Positions 37,405 through 49,260 of a DNA stretch of 64,000 bases are shown here, in pieces. The position numbers and the translations under genes are program-made. The notes beneath the pieces are model-generated. The model saw only the letters and a program-made list of their open reading frames with translations, did no database searches and was not told the origin of the DNA. Every line of letters starts with the position of its first letter. Position 1 is the stretch's first letter. Source of the stretch: Bilabrum cf. latius (lineage: Eukaryota). The DNA is taken from NCBI GenBank assembly GCA_965178125.1, contig OZ237738.1, positions 496,001-560,000 on the forward strand, written 5' to 3'.

Positions 37405-40026
37405 ATGGAGGCCAAGAATTATGTACGTATTTGCTCGTAGAAATCTGCCAGATCGTTCGCGTATTACACCGAGGCGCCTGTATCGCGTGCCTTGTTCAAC
37501 TCGCTGGAATGTTCGCAGGTTAGAAGCATGGGAAAAGCGTATCAGGTGACGCAGTCATTTGTGTCTGCGCTGGTCGGGTATAATGCTGCAATAGTATCCC
37601 ACTACATGAACGATGACTCCAGGCTGACCTCGACACAGAGAAAGGTTCTGGGCCAGAGGTTGAAATCTCTCATGTACCATTGCCAGTGCCGCCCATTCGA
37701 GCATTTGCATTCGGCGTTCGTGTCCTGGAAAGAAAATGGCTCGATGTCACGTCACAACGTAGCCTCCGTCTTTGGCGAAGCGGTTGGACCTGATCGAGGC
37801 CCGATTCCATCGGGGCTTGCACCCCACGAGCCCGGTACGGGCGAGTACGAGCTATCAGTGGATGACTCCTCGTGGGGATTCGATGCAAAATGCTGGTCTG
37901 AAGTTGATCGAAGAGACATCGCAGCGATTGTTGGCCACAGGGTCCGCAACGGGATGATTGAGTTTCACGTCGAGTGGCAAGAAGGCACCGAGGAGCCCTT
38001 GCCATCGCCCGACAATGACTCCGACTCCGATGACAGTGATGACGGGTCAGGATCCGATAACGACGACACATCTAGTGCAAAGCAGTCCGGAGACGGGCGC
38101 AGCAGCAGTCCTCACGGGATCTCCGCGGCACCTAGTAGCTCCAGGTCTGCCCGCGGCGGGAAAGCCCCGCCCAACCAGTCCTCCCCCAGGTCCTCAGGCT
38201 CTGATTCCGAGTCCAGATCAGACGGATCCAACAGCGACGATGAAGATGAGGATGGCAACAACGAAAGGTCGGCGGCTGTGCGAGGGGACACTGTGAGGCC
38301 GAGGAAGCGTGCGCGCACGGGCGACGGGAGCAGCGCTGCCTCTGCCTCGGGCGGTAGCTCCTCTTCTTCGTCGTCTACGGGAAGCAAGACGGAGAGGCTG
38401 GCAGCGTGGGTGCCTGCATTCTTGGTCTCTGACTGCGAGATGTCTCGATCGTACAGGAGGAGGCATCCGGACTGCCTGTGCCCGGTGCGCGGCGAGGACG
38501 GGCAGCTGCTGTCCCAGCCCAAGAGGAGGGCGCAGGGCCCTGCGAGGCTCAAGACACTCGAGCTGCTGTGGCGAGAGTGGGACCGGCAAGGCGGAGCTGC
38601 CGTTATCACGAAGGTGCTGTCAAGAGACGACGCAGAGGACGCGAAGGAAGCTGCTGAAGGGGCGGATCGGGGCCAGGGCAATGGCCACGGGAGGGGCAAG
38701 GGACCCTCAGCGGCGAGCAGCCACGGAGGCAAGCGGGTCAGAGGTGCGGGAGCAGGCAGCGAGGGTGCGCTTGCCGCCCCTGCGGTGCACCGCCCCCACC
38801 GCTCTCTCATTCCGGACCATATCTTGAAGAAGTTCTGGTGGCACGACGCGTGGGCCGCGCGGTTTGCGGGTGGCCGCAGGAGGGGCGGGCATGGGGGGCC
38901 CAGGGGTAGGGGCAGGGGCAGGCGAGGCAGGGGCAGAGGCAGAGGCAGGGGGAGAGGACGAGGGCGTGGCAGGGGCGGGGGGAGGAACCCGTCGAGCACA
39001 GAGCTGGATCCAAACGCATACATCGATGAGTACGATCGCAAGTGGGGCCGCGACTTCGCCGAGGTCGCCCTAGTGGACGACATCGGATCAATGCAGTGGA
39101 GGCGCCGGATCCAGCAGGCGCACACCGCACTGCTGCCGCCTGGCGCTCCCTCCGTACGCGCGGAGCCACCTGGGTTCCATTCCAGCGCGCCATCTGGCGC
39201 CGTGCTGCTTGCCGCCGCTGCCCAGGTTCCAAAGCGAGGCGGGTCGGGGCCGAGGGCGCGGCCCATCGACAGAGAGCTCGCCTGGAGAGCAAAGCTAAGT
39301 GAGGCCAGTTCCAAACGAGTCGGTAGGACCGAGACGTCTGGCACGAGCACAGAGTATACGCATGCCAGTGCAGGGGCCGGCTCTGCCCCAGACAGCCGTG
39401 CTAGCGACACCAAGGAGAGCAGCGTGGCCGGCAGAAGTGGTGCACCGCCCGAGTCTGCCACGGCAACGCAGGCAGACAGCGAGCAGGGGCAGCAATCAGT
39501 TGGCAAGCCACAGGCACCCGAAGCCCCCGCGCAGCCCATGCTAACAGCCGAGTACGAAATGGGCATCGTTGTGCGCAGGTTGGGCAGCACCCGCAGGGTG
39601 ATGCAAGGAGGCGGCGCGCCTCCCTCGTCTGACACACCGGGAGTGCGAGTCGATCCGGTGCTGCAACGGTGGGCCAGAGCAGGTGCCAGGGTGCCCGAGG
39701 CGGCTGCCGTGCGACCACTTGGCGCCCCCTCGTCCAGTAGGCGGGAGGCAGGCCAAAGAAGAGCAACGCGCGGTGCTAGCGGTGGTGATGGCGATGGAGG
39801 TAACTGGGCTAGCCACGAGAGGACGCTAGCACTGGCTGGTGACGGCCGCAGGAAGCGTTCTTCAGACTACGGCGGGCTGGTGCTGGCCCGGGGGTCTGGC
39901 ATCGTCCCATGTCCCGTTCGGTCCTACCGTTCCTCGGTCAGGGGTGAGGAGCTGCTGTTTACGGCTGCACATCCACAGTTCATGCGTGTGCGGGGAACTA
40001 GTGGTATCGTGGATGACGTGGACTGA
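37405..40026 (+). CDS. Chromodomain-like, low-complexity protein with RG/RGG tract
   Basis: IAAIVGHRVRNGMIEFHVEW resembles a chromodomain start; RGRG run ~38875-38985. Upstream in-frame ATG 37405 is reached through TAG 37438; ends TGA. Confidence 0.6.
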
Positions 40027-40214
40027 CTCAGGGAGTTCAGTCAGAGTGCGCAGTTCCAAGCCAGGGACGAGTCGACGGCGAGCCGAGAGGAGCGCAGCCA
40101 CGCGCTTTCTTCATCATAAATACTTGTTAATGAGCTTCGTGTAGATGCTGAGCCCAATTGCGGTGATAATATAGCAACAGCACCGCGACGGCACAAGCGA
40201 CCGCGACCTCAGGC

Positions 40215-40844
40215 TCAGCTTCTCTCCGCGTCAGCAACATAGGGGTGAGGCTCGAGCCCAGACAGCAAGTCTTTTTCCGACGTGCCTTCGTCGAGTACCT
40301 CCAGGTTCATACCAGTAATTGTAGTCATCCCCTTGAACCGGAAATAGCCGCGAATGCATTTCCCACCGATCACGTGAGGCAGCCAGTGCCTATCGTCCGC
40401 CCACATTTCATCGAGCGGCGGCGACGAAGCTTCGAACCACTCTGGGCGCATTTCATCTGTCTCTTTCGGCTCCCCTTCGAATTTTGTAACTTTGAACAAG
40501 TGCACCTCCATGAATTCGTCTTCGCCTTCGAACTCGAACGAGAGTAGGCCAACCTGCTTGCAATGCTCAGGCGAACAGCTGAGCAAAGACTCCTCTTGCA
40601 GTTCCCGGATCGCTCCTTCGCGGACAGTTTCCCCCTTTTCAACTTTACCTCCGAATCCATTGAAATTCCCCTCGCCAAAGCCTCGGAGTTTCATGCCAAG
40701 AAGGATCCTTCCCTTCGGCAGCCCGCCTTGTTGAACAAGAACTAGAGTGAGTAGCTTTCTACGGACAGCCTTGTTCAATGATGCAATTGCCTTCATATCA
40801 AGCTGTTCAATGTCTGGTTGTTCTTTGCAATCAACCGCAGCCAT
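40215..40844 (-). CDS. NUDT1: Oxidized purine nucleoside triphosphatase (MTH1-like Nudix hydrolase)
   Basis: ILLGMKLRGFG, Nudix box GGKVEKGETVREGAIRELQEES, ETDEMRPEWF, MWADDRHW; ends TGA. Confidence 0.92.
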   Translation of the reverse strand: MAAVDCKEQPDIEQLDMKAIASLNKAVRRKLLTLVLVQQGGLPKGRILLGMKLRGFGEGNFNGFGGKVEKGETVREGAIRELQEESLLSCSPEHCKQVGLLSFEFEGEDEFMEVHLFKVTKFEGEPKETDEMRPEWFEASSPPLDEMWADDRHWLPHVIGGKCIRGYFRFKGMTTITGMNLEVLDEGTSEKDLLSGLEPHPYVADAERS

Positions 40845-41000
40845 GGGGTAATAGAATTCAAATAAAAGGTGTTCTCGCCTAGCTCCAAATTAAGGAACCT
40901 TCGCTTCTGACAACGTGCAGGTTCGTTGACGGATTCCCTTTCATATTGCCACAGCTCGCACTTTCGGGGCCATTGAGCTTATGTGGCCGTTGTGGAAGTG

Positions 41001-44000
41001 ATGCAAACAACTCCTGAATCAAAGAAGGCGGGGCGTCCAAGTGCGCCTACCCCAGGATCTCCAAAGGCTTCGTTGACACGTGACCAGCTGCTGCGATACA
41101 TCAAGCAACAGAAGGAAAAGATCAAACTTCTTTAGAGCAAACTTGAAGGCCCGCATGCAACTTCCGATGCCCATGATGTAAGGTCCCAACTGGATGCGTG
41201 CCGCGCGGAGAGTGAGAGAAGTGTGCAGCAGCTTCGCACTACCTTGCAGAAGGAGCGGGCCAGTCACGAGCGCTCCCGGTTAGATTTACGCGAGGCGCAG
41301 CTCTTGCTTCAGAAATAGAAAGATTTGCAAGCCGAATCGAACGCGGCTGCAACGGAGGCATTCGACTCCGTTTCGGAGGCCCACGATAAGCTCGAAAAAT
41401 ACAGGTCGGAGCTTGGGGAGTTGCGAGGAAAGCTCCAACTCAGTGAAGAAGATCGAATTCAGGCCCAAGACTAGGCATCGGCGGCCAAGTAGCAACTCGC
41501 TGATGCCCAGGCTGCGTTTGAAGCAGAGCGGAGCGCGGCCTCTGAGCAGCTGAGGGCCGCACATTCTGCTGCTGCCGAGGCTAGACGAAAGGCTGCAAGC
41601 CGTAGCAAGGGCGTCGATGAAAAATCTGCACTCAAAGCTTCGGAAGCTATGTCTAAGCAGAAAATGGAGCTGCAGCAGGAGCACGCACAGGCGCTGGACA
41701 GGCAGAAAATGGAGCTGCAGCAGGAGCACGCACAGGCGCTGGACAGGCAGAAAATGGAGCTGCAGCAGGAGCACGCACAGGCGCTGGACAAGCAGAAGAC
41801 AGAGCTGCTGGAACAGTACAAGAGCAGGCAGCAGATCATCTTGTCCAAAGTCAAAGAGAAGATGCGGGCCTCAAGCGTCGCAGGCAAGGCCAGGGAGCAC
41901 TTCCTGTGCGCTGCCATCGACGCGTACGCAGAGGCTATGCAGGCGGTGTGGCTCTCCATCGGCCTGTCTGGGGATGATGGCGCCAAGCACATGCCAGCCT
42001 GGGGTGAGGACGACGAGAAGCTCTATTTGGAGGCAGCAGGGAACCAGTCGAGTGCTGCTGCGCCTCAGTCGCAATAGGCATCGCCCGCAAATGCTGCGGT
42101 CACGCCTGCCAAGCAACGGCCTGGCAGCAAGGGTCCAGAGACTCCTGCTAGTGTGCGGAAGGCTGCCGGTCTGGCCGCTTTGCCTGAGGCTTCCCGTCCT
42201 CGACCACGCTTTAGCGCCAGCCGTGGTATCCTAGAGAGTGTGCAATCACAAATGGTCAAAGCAGTGTCGGACCTTCACAAGCGTGCTGCTGATGGTGCGA
42301 AATTGCAGGAAGAAGCAGCTAGTGCGATGCTTCGCTCGCTCAAAGAAAAGCTTGAGCAGTCGCAGCAGATGCTTGACGACTTGCGTCAGAAGCAGGACCC
42401 TGCCAACACCGTGCAACCGTAGCCTGTGCAACCGCAACTTAGTGTTACGGCATATCGTGTCCATGCCGACGTCGATCCAAGTCACTTAGGCGAATCTATT
42501 GGTCCTCAGTAGAGCGATGGGCAGCGTGTGGATGCGCTGCAGTCGGAGCACGAGGCGGAGCTGAAGCAGCGTGTGGATGCCCTGCAGTCGGAGCACGAGG
42601 CGGAGCTGAAGCAGCGTGTGGATGCGCTGCAGTCGGAGCACGAGGCGGAGCTGAAGCAGCGTGTGGATGCGCTGCAGTCGGAGCACGAGGCGGAGCTGAA
42701 GCAGCGTGTGGATGCGCTGCAGTCGGAGCACGAGGCGGAGCTGAAGCAGCGTGTGGATGCGCTGCAGTCGGAGCACGAGGCGGAGCTGAAGCAGCGTGTG
42801 GATGCTCTGCAGTCGGAGCACGAGGCGGAGCTGAAGCAGCGTGTGGATGCGCTGCAGTCGGAGCACGAGGCGGAGCTGAAGCAGCGTGTGGATGCGCTGC
42901 AGTCGGAGCACGAGGCAGAGCTGAAGCAGCGTGTGGATGCGCTGCAGTCGGAGCACGAGGCGGAGCTGAAGCAGCGTGTCGATGCCCTGCAGTCGGAGCA
43001 CGAGGCAGAGCTGAAGCAGCGTGTCGATGCGCTGCAGTCGGAGCACGAGGCGGAGCTGAAGCAGCGTGTGGATGCTCTGCAGTCGGAGCATGAGGCGGAG
43101 CTGAAGCAGCGTGTGGATGCGCTGCAGTCGGAGCACGAGGCGGAGCTGAAGCAGCGTGTGGACGCCCTGCAGTCGGAGCACGAGGCGGAGCTGAAGCAGC
43201 GTGTGGATGCTCTGCAGTCGGAGCAAGTAGCTAGGCTTGCCGTTGTTGCGAAACGTGCTGCAGATGCGGAGTCGAAGCTAGCCTAGTCTGTTGCTGACCA
43301 CGCGGCCCTGCAGTCGTAGCAGTAGCAGTTGGCGAAGTCGTCCGCAGCAGGACAAGCTGAGAGGCAACGCACGGTGGCAGACTTGCAGTCACAGCTGCAA
43401 GCTGCAAGAAGCCAAGCTCAGTCCCAGGCGGATGAAATGAAGTCTGTAGAGTCAGAAAAAGAGAAGCTTCGTACTCATGTGCAGACTCTCGAGGACCGGT
43501 CTGTCGCTTTGGATGACCGGTGCAAGGCCCTAAGCGATGCCAAAGCGAAAGAGGAGACTAGGACCGCTGGTCTGCAATAGGAGCTAGATGAGTGCTAGAA
43601 GTAGCTGGAAGCAGCGCGAGCTAGGGCGTAGAAGCTAGAGGGCCTCAAGACGTTCATGAAGAAGCAGCATGAGCTAATCAAGAAGCTCAAGGCTCAGATT
43701 ACCGAGCTTGAAGCTGCGAGGGCTGACGCCGGGGCCCCGCAGCTTCTATCGAGCGTGCAACCGTTGCTGTGGCTACCTGCCGATGCAGATCTAGCCGAGG
43801 TCAGCAGGAAGTCGTGGTCCAGGTACGCAATGACTCGACACGGCGCTGATAGTCTAGATTCGGAGAAGGAAGTAGGGGCTGGCGAGCGTGAAGAAATTGG
43901 CTAGCTGGCTGTGTGCATGTGTCGCCCAGCCAAAGAGAGCGCGGAGCCGAAGCCGCCGAGCCCTTCATTAGATGGTGGCGGAGCTGCCACTAGCGAGACC

Positions 44001-45749
44001 GAATCGGGCGACGTGAGGGGCGACATGCTTCTGGTGCTACCTGACACCTGGCTGGCGCGATACAATGCTGCTTCCCTCCCGCCTGGCGTGCCCAACCCAA
44101 TGCAAGCAGCAATCGTAGAACACTTGGTTGCCTTGGAGATTGATGACGACACTGGCAAGACACCTTTACCTGATGAAACCGACGTTAAGCATGGGTGTAG
44201 CTTTGTGTAGCAGTGGGCTGCCATTACTCAACCGCTTGTTGAGCGTGCACGGGAACGAGCACGCGTGGAGCGAGACCAGCTGTCTTTAAAGCTCATAAAG
44301 GCGGAAGAAGAGCTGAAAACTGTCAAGCAAAAGGCAAGACGTGCTGCCCTCAAAGGTAGAGACACTGCCCGGAGAGCGGAAGAGGTAGATGAGCTCAGAG
44401 CCGAACTGGAAGAGATAAGAACTGCATCGCAAGGAACCGTTCCGCGAGAGGAGATGGTAGCACTCCAAGACCAACTCAATCGAGTCACAGAAGAGCGTGA
44501 CTCGTAGCTCGAACGTCTCAGCCAGTTGGCTGCACAGATTGCTGAGTCTGAATCTCCTCATCAGGTGAGTCCAACAAGCAGACCAGCCGAGAGACAGGCG
44601 CGGGTGCTGGTCGCCACCCTGACTCTAGCGCAGGCAGCCATTGCGCCCAGCACACAGCCTGCACGTCACAGCATAGCTGCAGGATTCGACGAAAGGAGCG
44701 CAAGCAACGAGGCGCCTCCGCATCGAGCAGACGCCGCAGGCGCACCCAGCAAGCGAGGCTCAGAGCTTCGACTGCAGGCAGAGCTTGGCGTGTCCCGCGC
44801 CAAGGTGGCGAGGCTGGAGCGGCAGCTGGATGCTAGATGCAGCGAGGTGCAAGAGCTCAGGGACACACTTACTTTGCTCCGGTCGCGAGGCACAGGATCG
44901 GGCTCGACTGGTGTCGGCGAAGGCTCTCGCACCGACGCAGCATCCCAGATTGCTACACAAGCTGGTGTTGACCCGACAGCAACTAATGGCCAAGGTGTAC
45001 CTTCGGCTGCTGACAGATCCAACACTCAGGCTGATACTGCCGAGCCCATCGAGGCGAAGAACCCAGACGGCCCTGCACCCGATGAGGTCGCCACAAAACT
45101 CCTGGACCGTATCTTGGCAAGAGGTGGTGACGGTCGACAGTCTCAGGCTGCTTTAGTAGCGGCTGGTGCAGCGCGTGCAGGATACCCGAACGACTTGCAT
45201 GGTGGAGGCGGTGGCGATACCACCCTCCAAGATTTCGATTTGCTGGATGCCGCCACTGGCGATGATGGCGAAATGCCTGCAGGGGTGCTCGACGGCTTGT
45301 CGTAGGAGGCCTCTGGAAGCACGGTCGATGGGCAAGGACTAGAAACGACGGGCAGCAACGGAGAGGCCGTGAATGCGCGATCTGAGGGCCTTGAGCAGGA
45401 GAAGCGCCGGGCCCATCGGCTGGCAGCCGAGGTGTCGAGGCTCCGACACGAGCTCGCTGTAGTAATGGAGGAGCGGGCTGCCGATGGTGACTCGGCTCAT
45501 CGGTCTGGTGCGGCTGCAGACCAGCAAGTGGTGTCTCCAGGTGAAGAGGATGATCCGCCGCCTGATAATTGGCCGTATGTGCGAGCAATCATCGTGTCGT
45601 TCATGAAGGGGACTTGGCAGGAGAGAGCGGCAGCGTTTCGGGTGCTGCGTGTGGCGCTGCAACTCACTGACCCCGAGTCTTCAGCCGTCCAAAGTAGGCT
45701 TGCTGAGCAAAATAAAGGCGTTGGCTTGCTCGGAGGGCTGTTCGGATAA
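41001..45749 (+). CDS. GRIP-domain golgin-like coiled-coil protein (~1580 aa)
   Basis: Nine listed ORFs share one frame, broken by more than a dozen TAGs. C-terminal NWPYVRAIIVSFM...ERAAAFRVLRVALQLTDPE resembles a GRIP domain; ends GLFG-TAA. Not every inter-ORF codon was checked, so small introns are possible. Confidence 0.75.
41654..41793 (+). repeat. Coding tandem repeat, 45 nt x 3 (QKMELQQEHAQALDR)
   Basis: Near-identical direct repeats in the golgin frame. Confidence 0.9.
42522..43224 (+). repeat. Coding tandem repeat, 45 nt x ~15.5 (DALQSEHEAELKQRV)
   Basis: Units encode an identical peptide and differ only at synonymous sites. Confidence 0.97.
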
Positions 45750-45878
45750 GTGCCGCCTCGCGCGCGTGGACGGACGTGCAGGATTGCGGACGTGTCGGCT
45801 CGCGCGATAACGTGCCATTTACCTTTAGGCCGTGATATACTGTGTTCGTTTTGGCCACTTGGATCCACCTTCTGCAGA

Positions 45879-48800
45879 ATGTTCCGTTTAGCTGCCACAG
45901 GATTGATCGGAATTGTACTTAATACCTCTAGTATAGCTGCGTGCAAGACTTTCTCGATCCAGCACGTTAGAGTTGAGCAGCAAGAGTTGCTCACAAGTGC
46001 AACTCCCTTCGTTGACACGCCAGCTCCACGATTCTCATGGAGTATGGAAGGGAAACCACCGCTTGCATCCGCAATCATCCAGTAGTCATATAGGATTCAG
46101 ATCTCGGAAGCTGTAAGTGACAAGGTCGTGTGGGACAGCGGAATGGTTGCATCAAATCGCTCGGTTCTTATCGAGTACGGCTCGACTGGCCATGCAGACC
46201 CATTGGGCTCTCATGGCGAGTACAAGGTAAACGTTGATGTAACTTTGACTGTCGGGGAATCATGTGGAAGCTCAGATCTTCGGTTCCGCACCGGGATCCT
46301 GGTATCCAGCAGCGATGACGCATCGGCGGCCTGGGAAGCGATGAACTCAACGTGGATTTCGAGGACCTCTGAACTACCGAAAACGGAATGCGAATGCTAT
46401 GATGAAGAGCCACACTAGTTGCTCCGCCGTGAGATTGATCTGGAGGAGGAGCTTGGGATCGAGGCTAGCGCTGCCGTAGAGCGAGTGCACCTGTACATCG
46501 TCGGACTAGGCTATAACCGGCCGTGGATCAATGGAGCCCGGGTTGGATTGCGGGAACTAGACCCAGCTTGGACGACGTACGGCAACCGCACGTACTACTC
46601 CGCCTTCGATATTACCGCTAGCGCGATCCAGGCTGCCGGTGCGTGCGGCAAGCTGGTACTGGGCGTGGAGCTAGGCAACGGCTACCGGAACCCACTTCCT
46701 ATGCGATTCTTTGGGAGATTCAATTTCAGGGATGCTCTCACGTCAGTGGGGCCCCCGATCCTGAGGGCGGCGGTCGTGGCCGTCACCAAGGCACCGGCCT
46801 CCGGCACTTCCATGTCTTCATCAGACGGTGTCAGCGAGGAACAGATACGCGTGCGCGTCGTCGCAACAGAAGTTGAGAGCGGCAAGTGGAAGGTCGGCAA
46901 GGGCAGCATCGTTCGAAACAACGTGTACTTGGGAGAAGAGCACGACAACCGTTTGCTTGCGCCTCTGCAGCAATGGAGCCGGCCTGGGTACGAGCCAGCA
47001 AGCCAGTGGCCGGCAGCAGTCGAGGTCGCGGAAGGCAGTCCAGCCGACCCTCCTGCGGCCGGCGTGCTGCGGCTCCAGTTTGCACCTCCAATCCGAATCA
47101 TGGGCAGATTCGCACCTTCGAGCGTGACCCAGTTCCAGTCCAAGCCGGGCGAGTACGTCGTATCGCTCCAAAAGGAGATCGCGGGATGGCTATCTGTCAC
47201 AGGAATCAATGGAGGTGCAGGACGGGTTGTAAATATGACATTTGGCGAGATTCTGTTCGATGATGGAAGCGTGAATCCCATGACTACGCTTGCTGGCAAT
47301 ATTGGCAAGTGGAGTGACCACCAATGGGGTCCGTGCGCCAGGGTGCCAGCCGTGCAGCGGGACTCCGTGACCCTTGCAGGTACTGGAGACGAGACGTTCG
47401 AGCCCCAGTTTACGTTTCATGCATTCAGGCACATTCAGATATCAGGTTGGCCCGATGATGTGCTCGGGCCACCAAGCGCTGCAAACTTTGAGGCGGTGCA
47501 GATCTACACGGCAAACCAGCCGGCAGCTGCACCGCTGTCGAGCAGCAACCCCTTGCTGCAGCAGATTGACGCGATGACCCGCGGCGCCTTCGAGTCAAAC
47601 TGGGCCCAAGGGATCCAGAGCGACTGTCCAGGGAGGGAGCGGCTTGGATATGGCGGCGATCTGATGACGAGCTTTGGTGGGGCCCTTGCCACCTTCGACA
47701 GCGGTGCGTTCTATCGGAAGCGGGCACAGGACTATGCCGACGCCCAGATGCCCATGGGTGGGCTGCCTGAGACAGCCCCGTACGTCGGTATCAAGACGTG
47801 TGACCTGGGCGGGAATACTGGCCCGATTGAGTGGGGGGCTGGTCACCTGGCAATGCAGGTTGCTTTGCTGCAGCGAGAAGGTGATCTCCGACTGGTGCAT
47901 GACAGCCTTAACGTGTCTCGCCGGTGGATGGTCCTGCTCAACGAATCGGCTCACGATTTCTTGCTGGCCAACGCTTTAGGGTACTTTATCAACAACGTGG
48001 ACAACTCGTCATGCTTTGGCGAAGACGCCGAGCTTCAGGGTACGGCGTTTTTCTACCAGCAGGCGGTGTTTGCGTCAGCGACGGCTCGCGAAGCTGGGCG
48101 GCAAGACTGGGCCGACGAGTACAGTGCAATGGCGGCTGGTGCAAGAGATGCATTCATCCGCGCGTTTGCGAGCAGCTCCAGCGGCATCATTGGTCCTTAC
48201 AACAACATGAACGAGCAAGTCTTCGGCGTTGCATTCGGTCTCACCGGGGCCAGCAGCATCAGCGATCCGTATCTCAACGCTGAGACCTGGTGGGCAAAGC
48301 CCTCGATCGCGAGCCTTCGTGCCTTTGCGGACCAGTATAGGGCAGCGGGATACAAGTTTGAGCTTGCCGCCTTTGGCACGTGGCTGCTGATGAGCGAGTC
48401 ACCGCAGTGGTCTGTCCCCGCGGGCGAGGCTGCCTACGGGTGGGTGGCCAGCGAGACGTATCCTTCGTACGGCTATATGCTCGCGAATGGAGCGACCACA
48501 ACGCTGGAGCACTGGGACACGCCAGAAGAGCACGACTCGTGGAACCATGCGTGGCTGAACTCAGTGCTGGAGTTTATGCACGGCTACGTCGTGGGTGTAC
48601 GACTGCCCATGGATGCTGTCGGGGCCGACCACGTGATTGTCGGGCCCATGCCGTTTGGTTGGAGGGTGCTGGGCAACGAGAGCTGGGGCTTTGCACCGGG
48701 CCAGCGGCCTGATCCCTTGACGCATGCGGCGTGCACCAGGCTGCTCCCGACCGGCCAGGTGTCCGTGGATTGGTCGATCCGTGTGAACGGCAGCAGCCTC

Positions 48801-49145
48801 CCTTTGCTTCCTGCCGAGGCCAGGGAGCTGGCAGCCCGGTCGCACAAGCAACACTGTTCAGATGGTGCGCTTATGGAGCGGGATGGATTCACAAAGTTGG
48901 ACTTGGACCAAGGCATCGGGGTGCCCGAAGATCTGCCCCTCGTCTTCGAGATGGATGTGTCGCTCCCAGGGAACTTGCGCACTACGGTGTAGGTGCCTGT
49001 GTGCAAGGCAGAGGGCAGAGCTGTGCGGGCTACATGCGATGCTAATGTCCCTGCCCCTACGTATGTGGACGAGCCGGCACCAGCTGTGCAGTTCGAGCTG
49101 CTTGGGGCAACATCGTGCAGCTTTGCGGTAGATTGGGTGTGCTGA
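45879..49145 (+). CDS. Second GH78 alpha-L-rhamnosidase (~1088 aa, no intron seen)
   Basis: Signal-like N-terminus; PRFSW, GLGY, LDPAWTTY, PQFTFHAFRH, SDCPGRERLGYGGD, GATTTLEHW, SWNHAW. TAGs at 46083, 46416, 48990; ends TGA 49143-49145. Confidence 0.88.
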
Positions 49146-49260
49146 TCAGTTGTACACAGACAAAGAAATAGTTTACAAACAGATGTATCGGAATCAAGTG
49201 GTTTAATCGAGGTCGTCCTTTGCGGATGCATCCTCCGACGGGGATGCTATCCCGACCACA

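Noticed and set aside
42522-43224. CRISPR array
   Set aside because: Contiguous in-frame coding repeats with no unique spacers.
45747-45879. TAA read-through fusing the golgin to the in-frame rhamnosidase
   Set aside because: GRIP domains are C-terminal and the rhamnosidase has its own ATG and signal-like peptide. No TAA was found inside any conserved domain, and a shared frame is a 1-in-3 coincidence.
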